NCBI RefSeq assembly: GCF_036321535.1
Contig: NC_087454.1
Location: 36,332,001-36,396,000, forward strand
Direction of reading: 5' to 3'
Source: Camelus dromedarius
Lineage: Eukaryota
DNA length: 64,000 nt
The notes under the pieces are model-generated. The model was not told the origin of the DNA. It searched no databases and was given only the letters and a program-made list of their open reading frames with translations. A program made the translations under genes and the position numbers. Shown here piece after piece: positions 49,464 through 60,455 of this stretch. Numbering within the stretch: the stretch's first letter is position 1; the number at the start of each line of letters is the position of its first letter.

Positions 49464-50409
49464 TCCTCAGAGAGTTCCAGAAATGATTTGAAGCAAAGGA
49501 AGTACACAGTTTTCATTATTTATTTTGGAATACAATCTGAAAAACCCATAACCTTTTATTGTTGTTTTGAAGAATTAAGAATAGAGAATCCCAAAGTTGC
49601 ATCTGGAATAAAGTAAGAAACTGAAGGAAGACAGAGCATTACAGAAAATCTATATTGTTGTCTTTGGGGTTTATGCATAATTTAAACAAATAATATTCTA
49701 AAAGCTAACCCACTTTGACTATTTCCAACACAAAATATGTAAGAGGAAAAAATGTAGGGAAATTGAAGCCGCTAAAGAACTTATTTTCAAAGAAGACAGC
49801 TAAGGTTTTCATCCAGGAATGAATGTGACTATCCCTCTGCCAAATCAGTGTAGCAGTTTGCTGTGAAAATGAAGGTCTGTCTTCCAGGTGCCACCTCCCA
49901 GTTTAATGAAGGTGCCACCTTCCAGTTTAATCGTCCTCAGCCTCTAATGAATATTTAGGCACCTCAGCCGTCCAAGGGGCCTGTCTTAGCGGCCTTTCAC
50001 AGTGACTTCAACTAATTATTTATTTAATGTCAGCCTAGAAAACAAGAAAATGATTCAGTTCTGAACCCAGAGACTCTTTCCTCAATCAGAGTTATTTCTG
50101 TCTGCAGTCGCCTTCATTAAGACACATTAAATATGTACACAGTGACAGAAAATGGAGGGCAGAGAATTTGAAACTTAGCACTCTTATTCTTTGGGTAAAC
50201 GTCTCTCTTAATCGAAATAGCAAAAAGAGTTAACTTTATCCAGGCAATGAACAAGCGTACTGTGACAGTAAGTACAATAACATGAAATGGGTAAGTTTGT
50301 ATCGTTTTTAGGGAAAAGGAATAACTAATTCTGGTATTTGTTTGATTGCATAAACTTCTTGGTATTTAGGTTTTTGAAAAAGTCAGCTATGCATTAGACT
50401 AAGTTTAAT

Positions 50410-50710
50410 TTGCTGGCGCAAACGTTTTCTCTAAAAGGACACACAGTATATACTTCAGACTAAAGTCCTCTGTCAATGACTCATTTGCGGTTGTATCATG
50501 AAAGCAGCTGTAGGCAATATGTAAATGGGTGGAGGGGGCTATATTCCAATAAAACTTTGCTAATGGGTGCTAAAATTTGAATTTCCAATGATTTCTGCAT
50601 GAAACAAAATATTATTACATTTTGAGTCTTTTTTCAAACATTTGAAAATGTAAAAATCATTTTTAATAACTGGGCCATCCCAAAACAGGTGATGGCTCAA
50701 GTCTTACTGC
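50410..50710. mobile_element. MER58B/C (hAT-Charlie)
   Basis: gcaaacgttttctctaaaagg...aaagcagc...ttccaataaaacttt...aaaatgtaaaaatcatt. Confidence 0.82.
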
Positions 50711-51489
50711 ATCAGGCAGTGATGGGGATATTTATTCATCCTTGTCTTATTTGAAAACATTGAATGAAAATAAAGACCTTGGAGCCAATAACACACACAA
50801 GTGTATGTGAAAAGCCATAAACTATGTATGTGGTTATTTGAATTCTATGTTTATAAAAAAAGACAGAAAGTAAAGCTTAAAAGTCAAAATATATCTGTTC
50901 CATCTATGCAGTTTTTCGTGCAGGCTAAGCGATGTATATAATGTAACATCACATAAAAGGTGACGAGCAATGAAATTTATAACAGAATCTGGTTCCAAGA
51001 GTCTGATTTCATAGAGCGTTAGGACCATATGCTTATTCTGTCAGAAATAAAAATTAATGGTACTGAGCTAAGTAAATGTTGTACCCAAACAAGCGAGGTC
51101 TGCAGCTAGGTTTGCTGAATGGTTGGCAGAATAACCCGTGGGAGGAGGGTTGAAGAAATTAGACTCGTATCTTTAAAAAATATTGATTGGCCATCCTTCA
51201 AATATTAAAATGAGATGGGCATGGTCGTAGCGTCAACGAACCTGCCTACAAATGAAATGTCACGCCACAAACTGCTAAATGGTCTGGTGCCACAGCCAAC
51301 ACTGGAAAAATATTCCTCAACCACAAAGCAGGTATCACACGCACCATAATTCCCTTTTTTGCCTCGTAATGGTAATAATATCTGAAACCAGTCCCCAGAT
51401 ATTGAAAATATCGCCCATTTGTTTATGGTCAATTTCTGGAAACCATACAAATTTATGGGTTTTTTTTTTTTTACTAGCTATTTAATGAT

Positions 51490-51830
51490 TTGTTTTCTTC
51501 TAGTTTTACTGAGATAGGCTTGACAGACACCCTGTGTAAGTTGAAGGTGTGCAGCGTCATGCTCTGACTTACATACATCATGAAATGATGTTCACAGTAA
51601 GTTTAGTGAACATCCATCGTCTCATCCAGACACAAAATTAAAGAAAGGGAAAAAAATGTTTTCCTGTGATAAGAACTCTTAGGATTTACTCTCTTAACTT
51701 TTATAACGTACAGCAGTGTTAATTATATTTATCACTTTGTACATTACATTTCTAGTATTTACTTATAACTGGAATTGGTACTTTTTGATTGCCTTTATCC
51801 AATTCCTCCTTCCCCCGCCCCTCAACAGTG
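51490..51830 (-). mobile_element. L1MA9-like 3' UTR in intron 4 (sense to BMP5)
   Basis: gtttagtgaacatccatc...gataagaactcttaggatttactctctt. Confidence 0.82.
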
Positions 51831-52829
51831 CAAATTTAATCTCTGTCTTTGTTGGATTTTTTTAAAAAATTATTTTGTCTTAGGAAAAAAGAAGGGTGAA
51901 AACCAAAATGAAATACATGGGGAAAAAAATATCCTGAGACTACATAGGGCTTCAATAGTCTGTCCACTAGTCCCTAAAGAAACAGCCAAATAAATAAATA
52001 CATCTAGCTTATTAGCTATGAAGGTACAAAAGAAAATCAAGTCCAAAAAACTCCCTTTACCACTGTGGGTTTCCTTTTCTTTAAAATCGAGTGTTAATTT
52101 CCTTAAGGAGTTAAATATAGATAAATCTATAAAAGAAAAGAAAAAATCCAAAATAGAATTTAACATTTAAGCACATTAATAGCTTAAACAAGCCAAATAT
52201 GATGAGATACCATGTTTCAAAACAAAGGAGGAAGGGTTAACACTCTCTTGCTTGATTCCCAGAGGGAGATACAGGAAGTTAACTTCTACAGCATCAAGAA
52301 GTTAATTAATTTGCAGGAAGTGAAAATGACAAATGACTGAAGGTACAAGAGGTAAAAATCGTAGGAAAGGTGTGATGGTAGAGTACTCAGTCGTAAATTT
52401 TGATATGACCTTGGGGGGTAAACAAATTTACCATAAACCCCAGACAAATAACGATCCCGCCAAAAATGAGGGATTTCAAATGCTATTGCTACCTTAGCTT
52501 AATCCCCATTTCCCACAGCCAGTGAATTCCTCGCCTGAATTTACCTACAACCCGGTAGGAATTACTGTTATTTATCTGTGTAGGGAAAACTGTGTTTTGT
52601 CCATGTATGAATGTGTGGCACAAAACAGACACTGCAAAATGACAACTGTTGGTGTGTTTGCTTAACTCTGCCTAGCAAAGCGTCTACCTGAGTGATGCAA
52701 GTAATATTCTCACCTTAGAGCTCATTGACGCAAAAACCCGCCCACAGACCTGAGTCTCCAAACGCCTGCCAGCTGCGCCTAGGTTTCCCAGATGCCTTCC
52801 TACCCACCATTTTCGCTGCTGACCTCGCC

Positions 52830-53960
52830 CTCTTTCCGTGCTGTCTGCTCGGTTAACAGGGTCCCCACTCAGCTAGTGGTCCACGCCAGGAAATTTATTA
52901 TGTTTCTTGATTTTCTTTCTTCCTGCCTCCTACCCTATGTTACATCCATCCATAGCGCCCTCGGACGGACCCACCTCTAGCCTGGCTGGCCTATCAGAAG
53001 CCCTCCACATTCTTGGTGCCCTCATACTCCCTCAACGTCCTCTTTGGTAACTTGGTCCTTGGATAACACTTCATCCCTGCTCTCCTCCTAGCTCTCTGAC
53101 AGTAAGTCTTTTGCCTCTTTTATGATATTTACTTGAAGTGCCGACGTTCCCACTGGAGGCTCCATCCTCGACATCTCCCTCCTGCGCTGGTTTCCATGGC
53201 AGCATCAAGTCCTGTGCTGCATCTCAGCGCTGGGCTCGTGGCTGCGTCTTCTCCCTGCACCTTCCCCTTATTCTTGATGCTCCCACCTCCAGAGTCCCGC
53301 TGGCCCCATGCCACGTATTGTGGTTTCCACCTCCCGTCTCTCCAATCTTATAATCTTCATTGCTTGGGGTGTTGGGTTAGACTCCTAATCATACTCTGGC
53401 CTCCAGCTTCCTCCCTTGGCATCCTGTCCTTCATTCTGATGCCAAATTTAACTTTTTAAAATGCGTATCTGATTAGGACACTCCTTTCCCCAACTGCCTG
53501 CGCAGAAGCACCACAGCCCCTGACCATCACTCACAGACTCCTTATGACTTGGTCCCTGCGTGGTTTTCCAGCTGACATCACACTCCTCTCACACAAGAAT
53601 ACTTGCACCCCCAGCCATTCGAGGCCGGTACCTGGCTCCGTAACCGAGCTCGTAAGTCTGAAATGGCTTCACTCAACCCTCCATTTCCGGAAAATGTCTA
53701 TTCTTTCATAAGTCCCTCATGAGGTCTTGTGGGGCATCCCTGGGCACCGCTCAGGCGCTCTGGGCTTACTCATCTCACACCACCTTGCACCTACTCTAAC
53801 AGAATTGATCTCCCGATAATTACTAGTGTGCATGCCTTTCCCATTGTCTTTGGGAGCACCTTTTAAGAAGCAAGATTCTTATGTTACCCACATTTTATCA
53901 GCATAGAGTTAATGTTGTGCCTGCCACTCACTGGATGTTGATTCAATATGGAATACCTAT
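52830..53960 (+). mobile_element. Decayed L2 fragments
   Basis: Pyrimidine-rich L2-like blocks (ttttaaaatgcgtatctgatt, ggtccctgc...). Boundaries approximate. Confidence 0.55.
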
Positions 53961-54229
53961 TTCACAATAAACCACGCCCAGATATGTTCTCTCCGCGAAC
54001 TTTCTCCAGAAAGACACTTGACAATAAGTGACCAAGGGCAGGGGTACTTACTAGAGAGACAGAGGGAGAGAGAATTTCTAGTTTTCTCTGATGTAAAAGT
54101 CTGAACTCTTTCTGTACCAGTTCTGAAAAACCAAACCGCATGAAGTCATTTGAACAAGAGCAATGGAAACGTCTAACACTGAATGAGCATGTAACCACCG
54201 TTGTCGGTTTTTACACGTACTAGATCACT

Positions 54230-54370
54230 GAATCCTCACAACACGTGTCATTTTACCCTATGAGGCCAGTATTATTAACATTCCCACTTTACAGATGAAG
54301 AAACAGAGGCAGAGAGAGATGACATATCTTGTCCAAGATGATACAACCAGTAAGTAGTGGCCCCAAGGTT
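54230..54370 (-). mobile_element. MIR SINE
   Basis: attattaacattcccactttacagatgaagaaacagaggcagagagag. Confidence 0.8.
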
Positions 54371-54657
54371 AGATGACAGAATGATGGTTGACAGAGAGGG
54401 AAATGCACAGATGGACAGACAAGAAGATCACTAGAGCTGGATGTCGCATGCACCAAAATAAGTGTTGTTTTAGAAGGGAGTTCCAAAATTTCACACATTC
54501 AAGACACAGACACCAGCTTTTAGCGTTCCTTACTGTAGAAATCACGTGCATTAACACCATTCTCACATGGGCAGCCTTATAGGATTTTCACGGCAGCATT
54601 GATTTTCTAAAGCCCCAATTTTTTTTGAATGATTTTGCCCTTGTTTTTATATACATA

Positions 54658-54683
<26 letters not shown>
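54658..54683. repeat. (TG)13 microsatellite abutting an L1 tail
   Basis: Direct reading. Confidence 0.92.
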
Positions 54684-54688
<5 letters not shown>

Positions 54689-54692
54689 ATTC

Positions 54693-55199
54693 ATTTTTTT
54701 TAATCAAACTATAGTCAGTTTACAATGTTGTGTCAATTTCTGGTGTATAGCATCATGTTTCAGTCATACGTGTACATCCTTTACATACACTTTTTTATTA
54801 TGGGTTATTACAAGATATTGAATATAGTTCCCTGTGCTCTACAGTAGAAACTTGTTGTTCATCTATTTTATATATAGTACTGAGCATCTGGAAACCTTGA
54901 ACTCCTAATTTAACCCTTCCCACCCCCTTCCCCCTGGTAACCGTAAGTTTGTTTTCTATGTCTGTGAGTCTGTTTCTGTTTTGTAAATAAGTTCATTTGT
55001 CTCCTTTGTTTTTTTTTTTTCTTTTTAGATTCCACATACAAGTGATATCATATGAGATTTCTCTCTCTGGCTTACTTCACTTAGTATGACAATCTCCAGG
55101 TCCATCCATGTTGCTGCAAATGGTATTATTTTATTCCTTCTTATCGCAGAGTAGTATTCCACTGTATAAATAAACCACATCTTCTTTATCCGGTCATCT
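54693..55199 (-). mobile_element. Camelid-type L1 3' end (ORF2 C-terminus plus 3' UTR), sense to BMP5
   Basis: Reverse ORF DDRIKKMWFIYTVEYYSAIRRNKIIPFAATWMDLEIVILSEVSQREK is the L1 ORF2 C-terminus. Confidence 0.92.
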
Positions 55200-55334
55200 T
55201 TAAGACAACCAAAATGTCTTTTAAAGAGTGACGTGATTAATTCTGATACAAGCACTATTGAATACATTGTAGCAGTTAAAAAACATAGTCACCAATTTGA
55301 AAGATGGAAAAAATATATTGTTTATGAATACATA

Positions 55335-55550
55335 AGACCAACTATGACATTAAGAGTGAACTATAGACTTTGGGTGATTGTGATCAACCAATGTAGTTTC
55401 ACTTTTGGTAATAAAATGCACCATCCTGGTGGGGGACAATGATAATGGGGGAGGCTGTGCAGGTGAGGAGGCAGGGGGTACATGGGAAATCTCTGTACCT
55501 TCCTCTCAATGTTCTTGTGAACCTCAAACTGCTCTTAGAAAAGTCTTTAA
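55335..55550 (+). mobile_element. L1MC/MD-type 3' end
   Basis: aagagtgaactatagactttgggtgat...catgggaaatctctgtaccttcctctcaa...gaacctcaaactgctct. Confidence 0.82.
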
Positions 55551-58500
55551 AAGGACATAAAGATATACCATTCATGTAATTAATACATAAACACATACAT
55601 AACAAATGTAAAATGCATAACAAAAATATATTCTCGAAAAGAGATGTAAATTGGGAGGAAAAGATTCGGAAGTGCGTGCACCATGCTGATACCAGGGTAT
55701 CGGCAGAACCCACCTCAAAAGAGTTAGGTGATGAGAGGAGAACTGTAGCTCTTTTTATGACTTGATTATTTTTGAAATAATGAAAACGTATATTAATTAT
55801 AGACTCTAACACATTGTAAGCAAATAATTGCAATTAATTATTCTTTCTGGTTTTGATTAATAAGTTTGTCTGAGAGGCATGACTTGACTTTGTGTCCGGT
55901 AGGCAAGAGACAGTGCCTGTCAGAATTGAGAGTAAGTGTGGGATGCTTTTGTTTTAATGCCTCTTTGAAACACTTGTCCTAAGACACCACCATGGTTTCA
56001 GGCCGGGCACCCATGACTGGATTCACCTTCCAAGATCCCTAGGATCAAGCTTGCAATAAGGAACTTCCCAAGCAGGCCTGCAGTGAACCAGAACTTTCCA
56101 TCTGCCCTGTTAGTTCTCCAAATCTTTAAGGCTCTATTATTTTCAGCACGGATACAGTCCTTAGAACAGAATCTTGCTCTCGGTAGGTTCTTTAAACTCT
56201 AATCAACTGAGTGCCTTTCCATCTTAACGGGTGGCTAACTTAAAACTTAGCTACTGCCAACATTCTCTTTTCCCCCAAACCCAAATTCAGATAAACGTCA
56301 ACTGTGTTGCCTCATAGTGAAAATAGGCACTGTCTCCCTCAAAGTGTCTGCTCTACCTGCTTGCCAAAACCCTGAAGAGGAACAAAGAGGGAGGGTTTCT
56401 ACAGAAAATCTGGGAGCAGGGGTTCTGTGCACACGCCCCTGAAAAAGGAAGTTAGTTTTTCCCACACAGCCAACACGTTAACTTGTTCAACGCGCGTTTG
56501 TGAAGTTCCTGTTTTGTGCTAGACACTGTTCTAGGCTCTCCCGTAGGAGCATGGGAGGATAAATGGGCATTGGGGAGTGGGAAGGCAAGACTCTTTGAAA
56601 GAAGAAGGAAATGAAGTAAAGGCAGCAAGAATAACCTGGGCTTTAACTCTCCTGCACTGATGGGGACTTTCAACGTTTGACGATATGCGTTGAAAAAAAG
56701 AAATGGGACCAAGCAAACATCTAATACTCCGTCCTGGGCCTTCCTCAGTCATGGAGTCTCCACACAGTATTTTATTGCAAAAGCCTAGGAGTGTTACAGC
56801 ATTTACTATTTATATTTGGATAATTTTTAAATTTCACTGGCATTTCAAGTCTCCAATGTCTCAAATTTTATATTTATATTAGCATTCCCTTTCCTTAAAC
56901 CCCTGCTTTTTTTGAGCCAAATCCTATGAGACTTTTTCCCGTCTGCTTGATTACTACTTATTGAAAGGTTAAGTCTTCTACACGCAAAGCAGCTACTTTC
57001 TTTCTTCTTATTATCAAAATATGAACATGCTCCAAAACCATCTGCCACATATTTCACAGAAATGGGTGCCAATGACACACTTTTTAAAAAGACAATATTG
57101 GTCTATATTAGAATAATTTTGTACTCTGAACAGTGTCAGGAAACTGGTGAAAAGTTATGTGATTTCTACTCCATGTGTTTTATGCATCTCTGGTGATGGA
57201 AGCACATTTGTTTTTGCAGTCAGGAAGAGAAGATAAACAGAGGTCACCAGCAGGGAAAAGGACTTTGATGATTTCAGTCGCTGGAACGTCTCTGCCAGAG
57301 TCATTACGAGATCGAAGAATACGGATGCGACTTAACCTTTCCCCTTTGTAATTTCCTCAAAAATTATTTACTGTTCTATTCAAGATTTAACAAATCTTTT
57401 TCTTAATGCAGTCTGCTGCATTAAATTAAAAACATTTCAACCTATTTCAGAACCATTCTACATGAAAAGAAAAATATACAACCTTGACAGGGTAGTATTT
57501 ACAAGGAAGAAAAGGTCTTAGAGAGTTACATTTCTCCATCTTTCATACTAAGCAATTACAATTTTTGCCAAACTAAATATCTTGTGAAGATCTTTATAAA
57601 ATAGCCTTGTAATATTAGGCACTAATGTCACGTTTACTTTCAAGTGACAAAGACAGTTAGACTTATTTGATGGAAAATTATTTTACCACACTGCTTTAGG
57701 GGTAGCAGGTAATTCAGTAGAACGCGATTCCATATCGACTCTCCCCTCCACTTCTGCTGCTCAATACACAAAACAGACCTCTTTCTAACACGATGCTCCT
57801 GCGCCCACACTCTAGGGAGGTTCCAACGAATTCCACTTAGTGTTTTCTGTTGAGAGTCTCAGGTTTAAAAAAAAATGATTGTTTTTGTTTCATTTATAAT
57901 CATTCATCTCTTATCTAACACTCATGTAAATTTGAGTAATAACAAAAGGACAAGATGACTTGTCGGTTTCAAGTAATTTGGGAAATAATGAAGATTTCAA
58001 GAATAATGGCACGCACTGAATGTGTCTTTTTGGAAGAACGGAGCGTTCTTATTTGCTGAAATACCACGTGTCGAGTCATTTCTGGTTTTTTCACCGGCTC
58101 AGTCACTGCGTCTCGCAAGTGCTCTGGTGTGATGGCCAACGACAAAGAGGAACACACATTTTACAAGTGAACAAACATGCTGTGCTAAGTTGGAATGTTT
58201 CCAGGGCGAGGTTTCCCCTTCACACTGGCTTATTTTTCATAGACACAGATAGTTTCTTGGAAGAAAATAGCCATCATTTGCATCTAAGAGCAGCCTATGA
58301 AGATGCGCTTGCGGGGCTAAACAAGGTGATCACTGATGTTAATGGTAATGATTAAATCCTTTCAGAATTTGGCAGTTTGATGAGTTCAGATCCAACTGTA
58401 CTTTTATCTCCCTTTCGATCATTGAATAGATTAAATTACAAGCACAGTGGAACCGATTATGCATTAGTAATAATTTCGTTAGGTTCCATATATACATCTG

Positions 58501-59017
58501 TGTGTACACATACTCAGAGCAGACGATTTAAATAATAGCCTCCAAATAATTTACAGAAACGACCATACAATCTATCCTGCTTCTATTGTCAGAAAAAAAA
58601 AGTTTAAGCTGCATGCTTTACACATATTGCTTTAAGTACCAAAAAATAAAATTTTTATTTTGAATTTACCTGGTTACCCAGCCATCGCTGAGAGGCCCTG
58701 GGGAGGTCAGCTACAAGTTGCGTCATTCGGTTTGGGTTAGCCTTTGCTGAGTGAGCTAGTTCATAGTTTTATTACTGCCAGCTTGATTTTAATTTGAACA
58801 GCGTCTTTCAACATACGGGGGTGAGCCCTACTGATTTGAAAATGAACAACAGAGTGACTCACGGATGAAACGTTCTGGATATGCTAGGAAGATCGCTGGA
58901 TGATTTAATAGACCAAATGAAGGTATCTCCAGAGGGTAAATTTATTGTGGCTTCTTGATTTGCAACACACGACCCCATAACTCTCTGTGCATAACTAACG
59001 CTCTGCTTTTATCTTAC

Positions 59018-59212
59018 CTCCAACACTGGACACTCTGGAGGAGTCCTGATGAGAGCTGGATTTATTGCGGTTTTGATTTTTCCGTTTGTTGGCTGCTCTC
59101 ACTGATCGAAGAAGCACCTCACTTGCCTTGAAGAAGGCCACCATGAACGGCTGTTTTGACTGAGGTCCATGTCTCCCCACCAGACCGGCTGACTTTACAT
59201 TGATGCTGTGGC
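59018..59212 (-). CDS. BMP5: BMP5 exon 4 (195 nt, phase 1/1): end of prodomain, RSVR furin site, start of mature peptide
   Basis: Translates (G)[64 protein letters not shown], matching BMP5. Acceptor tgtcccAG at 59213-59214, donor GTAAGA from 59017. RSVR at 59097-59108. Confidence 0.98.
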
Positions 59213-60099
59213 CTGGGACAAAGGGAACAAACCAAGAGTTCATGAAAAAGCTTCGTACCTGATGAGAATGAACTCTGGGGCTACTTTGGAAAAGGGAAAC
59301 ATTTTGCAACACTGTTGGGATGTTTTGTGTGCAGGCCAAAGATCCTTAAACACATTGAAAGTTCACCGTTACAATTACGCGTGCTTGGCTTTCCATCTTA
59401 GATCACTTTTTCTTTGGTCACAGAATACCCTCCAGCCTTCACTGACTGATCCTTCTCAGACCTGGAAGTCAGCAAGGTTCAAGGGAAAGGCTTGACCACC
59501 ATCACCTGGAAATGTCCAAGTTCAGTAGCAATTTCCAAAATCTTAGCTGTGGGCTCTTCTCATTAAACGCCCTGTAATTTCCCTCCACGTGATAAAAGCC
59601 AAATGGCCAGCTCTCCTTTCTCTAATTCTTTGCAGGTTTTCCCGTGGTGATCAGTGCTGAGAGCCGCCCCCTTCCCCCTGGCCTGTGCCCAGCGAACTGT
59701 ACAAAGCTGTAATCCACGTCCAGCTCTTCATGGATCCTTCCAGAAGCCCCTGCTGGAGGTGTGCTTTGAGCTCCAGGTCTCCCTCCATGTAATGGATCTT
59801 GAAGCAAACATGAAAATTTCAGAATCCCTCCCTCTCTGAGCTTTGACACACCTGAATGATGTTTACCTGAAAGGATTTCAGAAGATGCAAACCAAGCCCG
59901 GAGATGCTCGGAAGGGAGAAAAACTCCATGTAAGCTTGCCTTTGTCTCTAAACCAGCCTGCATCTCAGACCCTTCTGAGCCGGCTGGTGTGGCTGTTCAT
60001 CAGGAAAGGAGTACAGCGAGGCCCAGGCAGGAGTGAGGCAAGGTCAGGTGTTCTAGAGACTAGACGACGATGTTGACAGAGCACTTCTCCCGGTGGGGA

Positions 60100-60455
60100 G
60101 GCAATAATACTGCTTATCATTAAACTAATGTTAAAGCTGTTTGGAGTACTTGCGATGTGTGCTAGACATCTTTCTAAGTGTTTTCCATGCATTCTTTTTT
60201 TTTTAATTTTATTTTTTATTGAAGTGTAATTGATTTACAGTGTTAGTTTCAGGTGTACAGCAAAGCAATTCAGTTATACATACACATACATATATACATA
60301 TTTTTTCAGATTCTTTTCCATTTTAGCTCATTACAAGAAACTGAATATAGTTCCCTGCGCTATATGCAGTAGCTCCCTATTATCTGTTTTATATATCATT
60401 TAATGCCATTCCACAAATACTCTAGGAGTTAGTTATTCTTTGCCCCTTTGTACAT
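60100..60455 (-). mobile_element. MIR split by a nested L1 3' end
   Basis: MIR ...ttttccatgcattc | atttaatgcc...ttattctttgcccctttgtaca flanks the L1. Confidence 0.6.
60194..60398 (-). mobile_element. Artiodactyl-type L1 3' end in intron 3 (sense to BMP5)
   Basis: ttttattgaagtgtaattgatttacagtgttagtttcaggtgtacagcaaagc...aatatagttccctgcgctata. Confidence 0.88.

Noticed and set aside
56467-56500. Short palindromes aacacgttaacttgtt and aacgcgcgtt
   Set aside because: Too short for a stable hairpin or a miRNA precursor, and adjacent to a decayed L2 end.
58995-59339. 114-aa ORF as a standalone gene
   Set aside because: It is BMP5 exon 4 plus in-frame intronic flanks.
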